Assembly (NCBI GenBank): GCA_963850915.1
Contig: CAWKND010000005.1
Location: forward strand, 559,621-623,620
Origin: an uncultured Actinomycetota bacterium
GTDB taxonomy: Bacteria; Actinomycetota; Actinomycetes; Mycobacteriales; Micromonosporaceae
Reading direction: 5' to 3'
DNA length: 64,000 nt
Notes under the pieces: model-generated
Seen by the model: the letters and a program-made list of their open reading frames with translations, nothing else
Told to the model about the DNA's origin: nothing
Databases searched by the model: none
Shown here: positions 27,782 through 35,514 of the stretch, in pieces
Numbering within the stretch: the stretch's first letter is position 1
Layout of the letters: every line of letters begins with the position of its first letter
Program-made: the position numbers and the translations under genes

Positions 27782-27792
27782 TTATAGGTATT
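27782..27792 (+). repeat. AT-rich direct-repeat motif, copy 3 (TTATAGGTATT)
   Basis: Lies 115 nt after copy 2 and ends 15 nt before the GTG start at 27808. Confidence 0.6.
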
Positions 27793-27807
27793 AATGACGG
27801 AGGATCT

Positions 27808-29427
27808 GTGTCACCCACACCCCTGAACCGCCGCCGCTTCCTCGGCCTCACCGCCGCGGCTGCCGCCGGTACCGCACTCCCCGCGCTGCTGCGCCCCGCC
27901 CCCGCACTCGCCGGCACCGGTACGTTCGCCGAGAGCATCGTCTGGGCATCGGGCGAGGACAGCCGGGCCACCCACCACGTGTACGGCTTCGCCGTCACCA
28001 CCCTCGACACGGTGCTCGCCTTCAGCGAGGCGCGCATCGACCCGTCCGACACCGGCGCGCACGACATGGTCTACAAGCGCAGTACCGACGGCGGCGCCAC
28101 CTGGGGCGCCACCACGTACATCGAGACCAGCGTCTCCGGCCAGTGCTGGACCAACACCGCCCCGGTGGTGGACCGCAGCAACAACAAGATCTTCTTCTTC
28201 TACGCCCTGAACGACGGCACCAACACCTCGACCCGGGTCTTCTACAAGTCGAGTACCGACGACGGGGTCACCTTCGGCAACCGGGTCGAGATCACCTCGA
28301 TGTTCGCCGGCAACCCGGCCGGCTGGACCTTCCACATGCCCGGGCCGGGGCACGGCATCCAGCTCGCCAGCGGGCGGCTGGTGCTGCAACTGTGGCACCG
28401 CAAGGCGGTCAGCCTCCCGGTGGACCAGCGCGCCTACGGCGTCTCGGTGATCACCAGCGACGACCACGGTGCCAGCTGGCAACTGGGCGGCACCATTCCG
28501 GTCGACGCGGCGTACCCGGTCAACGAGTCCCGGCTCGTGCAGCGTGACGACGGGACGGTGCAGATGAACGGGAGGTACGCCGCGTCGGGTACGCACTCGC
28601 GGATCAGCGCGGTCAGCGGCGACTCGGGCGCCACCTGGTCCACGAACGTACTGAACAAGGCGATTCCGCTGTACTCGGCGGTGGACTCGAGCTTCACCCG
28701 GTACACCGGCGGGCCTTCCTCAAGCGCAGTCAACCGGGTGCTGTTCAGCCGGCCGGACAACCCGACCAGCCGGGTCAACATGACCATGAGCGTGAGCTAC
28801 GACGAGGGCTTCAGCTACCCGTACAGCCGGGTGGTCTACAGCGGCGGTTCGCACTACTCCGACATCGCGACCCTCAGCGACGGTACGATCCTTCTGTTGT
28901 ACGGCAAGGACACCACCTCGGGCTTCCCGGACAAGGTGGCCTGTGCCCGGTTCGACATCGACTGGCTGACCAGCGGCGCCGATTCGCTGGCGACCGGGCC
29001 TTCGCTGACGCAGTACACGTTCGAGGCGGAGTCGGCCGTCATCACCGGCTCCGGCGGCGCGACCTCGGGCACGGTGGTGGACGCCAACGCCTCCGGCGGT
29101 GCGCTGCTGAAGTACCTCGCCACCGGCGTCGGCGACTACGTGGAGCTGCGCTTCGCCCTGCCGGCCGCGGGTACGTACCAACTGTTCGCGCGGTGGAAGC
29201 AGGCCGCGAACCGGGCGACCGTGCAGGCGAGCGTGGACGGGGTGAGCCAGGGCTCGGCGTTCAACCCGTACGCCGGTACCGCCGAGGGGTATCTCGAGTA
29301 CCCGTTGGGCTCGCACACCTTCAGTACCTCCGGCAACCACGTCGTGCGGTACACCGTCACCGGCAAGGACTCCTCGTCCACCGGGTACGGCATGTTCCCG
29401 GACTACCTGCGTCTGATTGCCCTGTAA
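27808..29427 (+). CDS. Secreted BNR/Asp-box sialidase-fold glycosidase (GH33-like) with a C-terminal carbohydrate-binding-type domain
   Basis: GTG 27808 follows GGAGGA. Tat signal RRRFLGLTAAAAAGTALPALLRPAPALA. Four Asp boxes: STDGGATW, STDDGVTF, SDDHGASW and SGDSGATW. A C-terminal beta-sandwich-like region of about 150 aa follows (TFEAESA..GDYVELRF..). The usual (F/Y)RIP motif appears to be replaced by YGFA. Confidence 0.8.
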   Translation: MSPTPLNRRRFLGLTAAAAAGTALPALLRPAPALAGTGTFAESIVWASGEDSRATHHVYGFAVTTLDTVLAFSEARIDPSDTGAHDMVYKRSTDGGATWGATTYIETSVSGQCWTNTAPVVDRSNNKIFFFYALNDGTNTSTRVFYKSSTDDGVTFGNRVEITSMFAGNPAGWTFHMPGPGHGIQLASGRLVLQLWHRKAVSLPVDQRAYGVSVITSDDHGASWQLGGTIPVDAAYPVNESRLVQRDDGTVQMNGRYAASGTHSRISAVSGDSGATWSTNVLNKAIPLYSAVDSSFTRYTGGPSSSAVNRVLFSRPDNPTSRVNMTMSVSYDEGFSYPYSRVVYSGGSHYSDIATLSDGTILLLYGKDTTSGFPDKVACARFDIDWLTSGADSLATGPSLTQYTFEAESAVITGSGGATSGTVVDANASGGALLKYLATGVGDYVELRFALPAAGTYQLFARWKQAANRATVQASVDGVSQGSAFNPYAGTAEGYLEYPLGSHTFSTSGNHVVRYTVTGKDSSSTGYGMFPDYLRLIAL

Positions 29428-29456
29428 CACAAGCACATCAGGAAAGGCACACGCGC

Positions 29457-30581
29457 GTGAAACTGGTCGGGCTGACCACCCGCGTCGTCGAGTTCGACGC
29501 GGCACCCCGGTACAACGGCGCCCCGGTACCCGCCGGGCGGCCGGAGCGGTACCGCTATCCGTTGCTGCTCCTGCACTCCGACGAGGGTCCGGTCGGGGTG
29601 TCCATGGGGTACAGCCCGCACGGCGAGGCGGCCGCTCTGGTCGCCACCGCGCACGACGTGTTCTGGCCGGAGCTGGCCGGTCAGGACCCGGCCCCGGTGG
29701 AGCGGCTGTGGCAGCAGCTGCACCGCCGGAGCCGGCACCTGTACAGCTACTCGGACGGCCCGGTCGGCATGCTCGACGTCGCGCTGTGGGACCTGCGCGG
29801 CCAGGCGACCGGGCTGTCCGTGGCCGATCTGCTCGGCCGCTACCGCGACACGGTGCCCAGTTACCGCACCTCGTGGCTGGTCGGCGCGGACGAGGAGCAG
29901 ATCGCCAAGGAGGCGGCGGAGACCCGGGACAGCGGGATGCACGGGTACAAGCTGCAGCTGCGCGACGGGCCGGCCCGGGACATCCCGCGGCTGTGGGCCG
30001 CCCGGGAGGCGGTCGGTGACGGCTTCGACCTGATGCACGACGGGGTGGCCGGATACACGGTACCGGAGGCGATGCGGGTCGGGCGGGCGTTGGCGGAGCT
30101 GGACTACGCGTGGTTCGAGGAGCCGATCCGGGACCGGGATCTCAGCCTGCTGGCCGAGTTGAGCCGCGCGCTGACGGTCCCGGTACTCGCCGGTGAGACG
30201 GTGACGCTGGACGAACTGGGCGAGTTCCTGCGCCGCGCGGCGGTACCCCTGGTGCGCGGCGACGTGTACCTCAAAGCCGGGATCACCGGGCTGCGCAAGG
30301 CGATGGTGGCGGCCGAGATCCTCGGCGTGAACCTGGAGATCCACGCCGCCAACGCGCCCCTGCTCGACGTGGCCAACCTGCACGTGGCCGGCGCGGCGCG
30401 CAACTGCCGGTACATCGAGACGCACCATCCGGTGTTCCGCTTCGGGCTGCTGGACGAGCCGCTGACCCCGGACAGCGCCGGGATGCTCGCCGTACCAACG
30501 GCTCCCGGGCTGGGCGTGCGGCTGGACTGGGACTGGATCGAGGCGCACACCGTGCAGGAGCGGAGTTCCCAGCTCTCATGA
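29457..30581 (+). CDS. Enolase-superfamily enzyme (mandelate racemase/muconate lactonizing family), second copy
   Basis: GTG 29457 follows AGGAAAGG. Barrel contexts are GYKLQL, LMHDGVAG, WFEEP, LAGET and EIHAAN. Confidence 0.8.
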   Translation: MKLVGLTTRVVEFDAAPRYNGAPVPAGRPERYRYPLLLLHSDEGPVGVSMGYSPHGEAAALVATAHDVFWPELAGQDPAPVERLWQQLHRRSRHLYSYSDGPVGMLDVALWDLRGQATGLSVADLLGRYRDTVPSYRTSWLVGADEEQIAKEAAETRDSGMHGYKLQLRDGPARDIPRLWAAREAVGDGFDLMHDGVAGYTVPEAMRVGRALAELDYAWFEEPIRDRDLSLLAELSRALTVPVLAGETVTLDELGEFLRRAAVPLVRGDVYLKAGITGLRKAMVAAEILGVNLEIHAANAPLLDVANLHVAGAARNCRYIETHHPVFRFGLLDEPLTPDSAGMLAVPTAPGLGVRLDWDWIEAHTVQERSSQLS

Positions 30582-31639
30582 CCGCGCCCCTGCCGTCCAC
30601 CGCACCCCTACTGTCCACCGTGACTGTGTTGTCCACCGCGACTCTGTTGTCCACCTGGCGCTTCACCGACGAACAGCTGGCGGCCATCGCGGTCGCCGCG
30701 CCCGAGTACACCGTGCGGCAGGTGACCGCGGGCTCCGGTGCCGCGGTCGATGCGGCGCTCGCCGCCCACCCCGACACGCAGATCCTCTACACCGGCGCCG
30801 CGCCCGGGACCGTACGCGCACCCGCCGCACTGCGCTGGATCCAGCTGCACAGCGCCGGTACCGACGCCGCACAGGCGAGCCCGGTCTGGCACTGGCCGGT
30901 GCCGCTCACTTCGGGCAGCGGCATCACCTCGGTGGCGGTGGCGGAGCTGACCCTGACCGGCCTGCTGATGCTGCGTCGGCGCCTGGTCGAACTCGTTGCG
31001 CTGCGACGGGACCGGCACTGGCCGGCGGATCGGCTGGGACTGGCCGGCGATGAACTCTACGGCAGCACGGCAGTGCTCGTCGGGTACGGCAGCGTGGGCC
31101 GGGCGATCGGTCGGCTGCTGCACGCCGCCGGGGTACGCCTCCGGGTAGTCGTCGACGACCCGGATCGGCGTCGCTACTCCGGCTACACCGCACCGGACTC
31201 CGGCGACCCCGACGGCCTCCTCCCGAACAGCTGGCACCACTCGGACGAACTGGCCGAGCTGCTGCCGCTCGTCGACACCGTGGTGCTGTGCCGCCCGGCG
31301 AGCCCCCATCCGGTCGTCGGCGCCGCCGAGCTGGACGCGATGCGGCCGGACAGCGTGCTGGTCAACGTGGGCCGGGGTGGGCTCGTGGACAGCGCCGCGC
31401 TCGCGAGGGCGCTGGCGGCCGGGCAGCTCGGCGGGGCGTACCTGGACGTGACCGATCCGGAGCCACTCCCGCCCGACAGTCCACTGTGGACGGAGCCGCG
31501 CTGCCTGGTCACGCCGCACCTCGGCGGTACCACCCGGCAGGCGGGCCGGCACGGCGCGGACCTGCTCACCACCAACCTGGCCCGGTGGCGGGACGGCCGG
31601 CCACTGCTCAACCTGGTCAGCGGCCGGGCGGCCGCATGA
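30578..31639 (+). CDS. D-isomer-specific 2-hydroxyacid dehydrogenase family protein, second copy, with a repeat-encoded N-terminal extension
   Basis: NAD-binding motif VLVGYGSVGRAIG, with contexts VNVGRGGLV, LDVTDPEP and VTPHLGG. ATGA overlap with the upstream stop. Confidence 0.8.
   Translation: MTAPLPSTAPLLSTVTVLSTATLLSTWRFTDEQLAAIAVAAPEYTVRQVTAGSGAAVDAALAAHPDTQILYTGAAPGTVRAPAALRWIQLHSAGTDAAQASPVWHWPVPLTSGSGITSVAVAELTLTGLLMLRRRLVELVALRRDRHWPADRLGLAGDELYGSTAVLVGYGSVGRAIGRLLHAAGVRLRVVVDDPDRRRYSGYTAPDSGDPDGLLPNSWHHSDELAELLPLVDTVVLCRPASPHPVVGAAELDAMRPDSVLVNVGRGGLVDSAALARALAAGQLGGAYLDVTDPEPLPPDSPLWTEPRCLVTPHLGGTTRQAGRHGADLLTTNLARWRDGRPLLNLVSGRAAA
30591..30662 (+). repeat. Four copies of an 18-bp tandem repeat
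   Basis: Units are TGCCGTCCACCGCACCCC, TACTGTCCACCGTGACTG, TGTTGTCCACCGCGACTC and TGTTGTCCACCTGGCGCT. They encode (L/P)xSTxx hexapeptides at residues 5-28 of the dehydrogenase. Confidence 0.8.
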
Positions 31640-32547
31640 AACCCTTGCGGCACAGCACCTTGCGCGGCATCTGGGCGACCGCGACGCTGCCCCTCGCCGA
31701 CGACGAGCGCATCGACTACGGACGGCTCGCCGAGGACCTGGAGTACCTGGTCGCCGCCCGGCCGCACGGCATCTACGTCAACGGCTCGGCCGGCGAGTTC
31801 GTCACCCTCACCGAGGCCGAGTTCGACCGGATCGGCGCAATCGTCGCGGAGAAGTGCGAAGCAGCCGCCGTGGCGTACCAGATCGGCGCCAGCCACCCGA
31901 GCGGGCAGCTCAGCTGTGAACGCATCCGGCGCGCGGTCGACCTGGCACCCGGCGCGCTGCAGGTGATCCTGCCGGACTGGCTGCCGCTCGCCGACCGCGA
32001 GGTGCTCATCGCGCTGCGCCGCTTCCACCGCCTCGCCGGCCCGGTACCACTGGTGCTGTACCAGCCACCGCACGCCAAAACCCAGGTACCGCCAGAGCTC
32101 TACGCCACGCTCGTCGCCGAGTTGCCCCGGCTCATCGGGATCAAAGTGGCCGGCGGGGACGAGGACTGGCATGCCCGGATGCGGGCCAGCGCACCGGAGC
32201 TCGCCGTGTTCGTGGCCGGGCACCGGCTGGAGCGGGAGCGGCGCTTCGGCGCACGGGGGGCGTACTCGAACGTGGCGTGCCTGTCACCCCGGGGCGCGCT
32301 GGAGTGGTACGCACAACCGGATGCCGAGCTGGATGTGCGGGTACAGGAGTTCTTCCGGGAGGCTGTCCGGCCGGTACAGGCGCTGGGGTACTGCGTCACG
32401 GCCGTCGACAAGCTGCTGGCGGCGGTCGGTGGCTGGAGTGTCGCCGGTACCAGGGTGCGCTGGCCGCACGAGAGCGTACCGGCCGAGCTGGTCGACTCGG
32501 TGCGTACGACGGCACAGCGCCTGATCCCGGAACTGCTGGTCGGCTGA
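31636..32547 (+). CDS. DapA-family aldolase, second copy
   Basis: Motifs NGSAGE, LYQPP and the lysine context IGIKVAGG. ATGA overlap with the upstream gene. Confidence 0.75.
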   Translation: MKPLRHSTLRGIWATATLPLADDERIDYGRLAEDLEYLVAARPHGIYVNGSAGEFVTLTEAEFDRIGAIVAEKCEAAAVAYQIGASHPSGQLSCERIRRAVDLAPGALQVILPDWLPLADREVLIALRRFHRLAGPVPLVLYQPPHAKTQVPPELYATLVAELPRLIGIKVAGGDEDWHARMRASAPELAVFVAGHRLERERRFGARGAYSNVACLSPRGALEWYAQPDAELDVRVQEFFREAVRPVQALGYCVTAVDKLLAAVGGWSVAGTRVRWPHESVPAELVDSVRTTAQRLIPELLVG

Positions 32548-32571
32548 GCGCCGCGCCACGATTGGGGATGC

Positions 32572-32913
32572 TCAATCGGCCAGGTCACCGATCACCTCGT
32601 TGAGCGCCGCCGCCGTCTGCCGCAGCTGCTCGATCTGGGTCAGGATCCGGCCACGCTCCGCGCACAGCCGCTCGGCGAGGTAGGGCGTGCGGCTGCTCGG
32701 ATCGGTGATGCACGGTAGTAGGTCCGCCATGGTCCGGCTGCTCAGCCCGGCGTCGAAGAGGCGGCGGATCAGGCCGACACGGTCGATCGCCGCCTCGCCG
32801 TAGAGGCGCTGGCCACGGTCGGTACGGTCGGCGGTCAACAGCCCCTGCTGCTCGTAGTAGCGGATCGAGCGCACGCTCGCGCCGGTCCGGCTGGACAGCT
32901 CACCGATCCGCAC
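32572..32913 (-). CDS. MerR-family transcriptional regulator
   Basis: HTH text RIGELSSRTGASVRSIRYYEQQGLL plus a coiled-coil C-terminus. GTG 32913 (after CAGGGGG) was chosen. The track start at 32967 would run into the divergent promoter. Confidence 0.8.
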   Translation of the reverse strand: MRIGELSSRTGASVRSIRYYEQQGLLTADRTDRGQRLYGEAAIDRVGLIRRLFDAGLSSRTMADLLPCITDPSSRTPYLAERLCAERGRILTQIEQLRQTAAALNEVIGDLAD

Positions 32914-32970
32914 CGCAGCCCCCTGCCGCCCGCTTGTGCTCGAGACACCCTGTGCGCCGGAGCACACCGC

Positions 32971-33002
32971 TTGCCCCTGACACTGGTGTCAGCTTCTATC
33001 GT
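32971..33002 (+). promoter_or_regulatory. MerR-type promoter with a dyad in an over-long spacer, driving the VOC-deaminase gene
   Basis: TTGCCC (32971-76), then perfect dyad CTGACAC-TG-GTGTCAG (32977-92), then TATCGT (32997-33002), giving a spacer of about 20 nt. ATG 33009 lies about 7 nt after the -10, which suggests a leaderless mRNA. Confidence 0.55.
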
Positions 33003-33008
33003 GCCCCT

Positions 33009-33932
33009 ATGGCTGAGTTCACTGTCAAGCAGTTGCGGGTGGTACTGGTCACCGAGGCGTTCGACGATGCGCTCCGGTACTACCGGGACACCCTGGGCCT
33101 CGCCGAGTCGGCCGCGTACGCGGGTCCGGACGGGGCGCAGGTCGTCATCCTGGAGGCGGGTCGGGCCACTCTGGAGCTGGCCAATCCGGCGCAGGCACGG
33201 TACATCGCGGCGGTGGAGACCCGGGGCGAGCCGAGCACGCCGGTACGGCTGGCGTTCGAGGTGGACGACGCGACGGTGGCGACGGGCGCGCTCGCGGACA
33301 GCGGCGCGCGGGTGATCGCCGCTCCGGTGGGTACGCCGTGGCAGTCACTCAACGCCCGGCTGGATGGGCCGGCCGGTATCCAGGTCACGCTGTTCCAGGA
33401 GCTGGCGGTCCAGAAGCCTGGCGAAGGCGGAGACCTGGTGGGTACCACGCTTGACGCGCTCGGCGGGGAGGCAGCCGCGTTGGCCGCAACCGTTGCGCTG
33501 GCCCGGATTCGGGGCGAGCAGGGCCAGCCGCCGTTCGCCGCCATCGTTGTCCGCGACGGGGTGGTCATCGGTACCGGTGTGAACACCATGCTGGCCGACC
33601 ACGACCCCTCGGCACACGGTGAAGTGGTGGCGATCCGCGACGCCGGCCGCCGGATCGGGTCAGTAAATCTGGCCGGGGCGGTGGTGTACTCCAGCTGCGA
33701 GCCGTGCGCGATCTGCCGCACGGTGGCTGCCGCGGCGGAGGTACGGGAGATCGTGTTCGCGGCCGGGCGCGAGTCGGTACCACGGGAGATTGACTCTGAT
33801 CCGACGAAAACCGGGCAGCTGATGGACGCGCTCACGGCGCTGCTCCCGGGGATTGCCCGGCGTGGTTCGACCACACTCACCGACGACGAACTGACCGCGC
33901 CGTTCGACGCGTACGTAGCGGCGGTCGCGTGA
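33009..33932 (+). CDS. Fusion protein with an N-terminal VOC (glyoxalase/bleomycin-resistance fold) domain and a C-terminal CDA-fold nucleoside/guanine deaminase domain
   Basis: The VOC-like N-half begins MAEFTVKQLRVVLVTEAFDDALRYYRDTLGL and runs to IQVTLFQEL. The deaminase half has PFAAIVVRDGVVIGTGVN, the zinc motifs HGE and CEPCAIC. Confidence 0.75.
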   Translation: MAEFTVKQLRVVLVTEAFDDALRYYRDTLGLAESAAYAGPDGAQVVILEAGRATLELANPAQARYIAAVETRGEPSTPVRLAFEVDDATVATGALADSGARVIAAPVGTPWQSLNARLDGPAGIQVTLFQELAVQKPGEGGDLVGTTLDALGGEAAALAATVALARIRGEQGQPPFAAIVVRDGVVIGTGVNTMLADHDPSAHGEVVAIRDAGRRIGSVNLAGAVVYSSCEPCAICRTVAAAAEVREIVFAAGRESVPREIDSDPTKTGQLMDALTALLPGIARRGSTTLTDDELTAPFDAYVAAVA

Positions 33933-34846
33933 TGATCGAGCTCGGCGTGAACGTACCGAACTTCGGGCCGGAGACCGATCAGCGGGCGCTGCTGGACTGG
34001 GCGCACTTCGCCGAGCGCAGTGGCTTCGCGACGCTGGTCGTCTCCGACCACGTGGCACCCACGCCCGAAGTGACCGCGCTCTACCAGGATCCGTTCTACG
34101 ACCCGTTCATCGCGCTGACCTGGCTGGCCGGGCACACCACCCGGATCCGGCTGGGTACCTCCGTTGTCGTCCTGCCCTACCGCCATCCACTGCTCACCGC
34201 CCGGATGAGCGCGATGCTGTACCTGTTGAGCGGCAACCGTTTCGTACTCGGCGTCGGTACCGGCTGGGCAGCGACCGAGTTCGCCGCACTGGGCCTGGAG
34301 GTGTCCGCCCGTGGCCGGCTGACCGACGAGTACCTGGAAGTCATCACCGCCGCGTGGGCGAGCGAAACGGTCAGCGCGCACACCGCCGAGCTGCACTTCG
34401 CTGACGTGGCAACGGGTCCGCGCCCACCGGGCGGCGCGGTACCGCTGTGGGTCGGTGGCGCCGCCCGGCCGGCGATCCGTCGTGCCGCCCGCTTCGCGAC
34501 CGCCTGGCACCCGATCAACCCGACGCTGGAGTGGCTGCGCGACAAGGGTTTCCCCGCGCTCGTCCGGACGGCGGGGGAGTTGGGCCGGCCGGTACCCGCG
34601 CTGGTACCCCGGATCAAGGCCCGGCTGCAGGCGACCGCGGCCCCGGCCGACCGGCGACTCGGCGTCGGTACCCTCGACCAGGTGGTCGACGACGTCGCCG
34701 CGCTGGCCGCGCTCGGCGCGACGGAGGTGATCCTGGATACCAACCCGGATGCCCCGCGCCCACGCGACTTCGCTGTCGAACAGCGCCACCTGCTGGAGAT
34801 CCGGGACGCCTACCGTGACCGGTCCAACCGTCAAGTGCCGGCCTAG
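33929..34846 (+). CDS. Luciferase-like monooxygenase (LLM) class, probably an F420-dependent oxidoreductase
   Basis: Text IELGVNVPNFGP, LVVSDHV, LGTSVVVLPYRHPLLTA, FVLGVGTGW and PLWVGG is typical of LLM/F420 enzymes. Confidence 0.8.
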   Translation: MMIELGVNVPNFGPETDQRALLDWAHFAERSGFATLVVSDHVAPTPEVTALYQDPFYDPFIALTWLAGHTTRIRLGTSVVVLPYRHPLLTARMSAMLYLLSGNRFVLGVGTGWAATEFAALGLEVSARGRLTDEYLEVITAAWASETVSAHTAELHFADVATGPRPPGGAVPLWVGGAARPAIRRAARFATAWHPINPTLEWLRDKGFPALVRTAGELGRPVPALVPRIKARLQATAAPADRRLGVGTLDQVVDDVAALAALGATEVILDTNPDAPRPRDFAVEQRHLLEIRDAYRDRSNRQVPA

Positions 34847-35352
34847 AAGCGGCGGGCGAAAGGCTGCGGGCGGCGCATCCGGATCAGCAGCACCAGTGGG
34901 GCGAGCACATAGGGCAGGTTGAAGGCGAGGAACTTGGCCGGGTTGTGGGTACGCTGCGCCGCCTCGCCGAAGAACTCGACGCCGAAGACGACGACCCCGG
35001 TCAGCGCCACGATCACGCTCGCGTAGATCACCGACGGCAGCTGGATCCAGTTCCGGCCGGTCAGCAGGGAGTAGACGAGTACCAGGTAGAACGGCAGGTA
35101 CACGAAGGCGGACAGGCCGGTGACGATCCGCATCCAGGTGGGCGGGTGCATGAACAGCGGGTCGGCGTCGTGTGCGTACCAGTAGTTGGACTGGACGAAG
35201 AAGTTGCTCGACGGGTGGGAGAAGTCCACGCCGATCGAGGGCAGCAGGTCGCTGATCACCGAGGTGACCGCGAACGCCGCGAAGATCACCGCCAGTACGA
35301 TGTCGGCCCGCCGGGCACGTAGCGGGAGGTTTCCGGGTACCGGGCTCGTCAT
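34843..35352 (-). CDS. TMEM97/EXPERA-domain-like four-TM membrane protein (DUF2781-like)
   Basis: ATG 35352. The text DPLFMHPPTWMRIVTGLSAFVYLPFYLVLVYSLLTGRNWIQLPSVIYA matches by eye the DPL..PP.W..LPF..Y.L.G..WI..P..IY pattern of sigma-2 receptor/TMEM97. The upstream 540 aa of track ORF 34843..36963 are discarded. Confidence 0.6.
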   Translation of the reverse strand: MTSPVPGNLPLRARRADIVLAVIFAAFAVTSVISDLLPSIGVDFSHPSSNFFVQSNYWYAHDADPLFMHPPTWMRIVTGLSAFVYLPFYLVLVYSLLTGRNWIQLPSVIYASVIVALTGVVVFGVEFFGEAAQRTHNPAKFLAFNLPYVLAPLVLLIRMRRPQPFARRF

Positions 35353-35514
35353 GCTTGGCGATCTTAGGTGTTTGCGCCGCGCTGGCAAGGTCTCGCAGGC
35401 CGGACGGGCGTGCGCGGTGCCACTCGGCAATGCCCTGCGAGCAGGTACCTGATCGGTGCTCGCTATCCTTGCGCCGTTTGGATCTTGCACGGGTCGGCGC
35501 AGGGAGTTTCGGAC

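Noticed and set aside
27422-27807. A small ORF (27548-27763, minus strand, 71 aa) or a riboswitch in the 386-bp lacI-sialidase gap.
   Set aside because: The ORF has no RBS and no sensible composition. I could not recognise any known riboswitch consensus. I report only the three AT-rich repeats.
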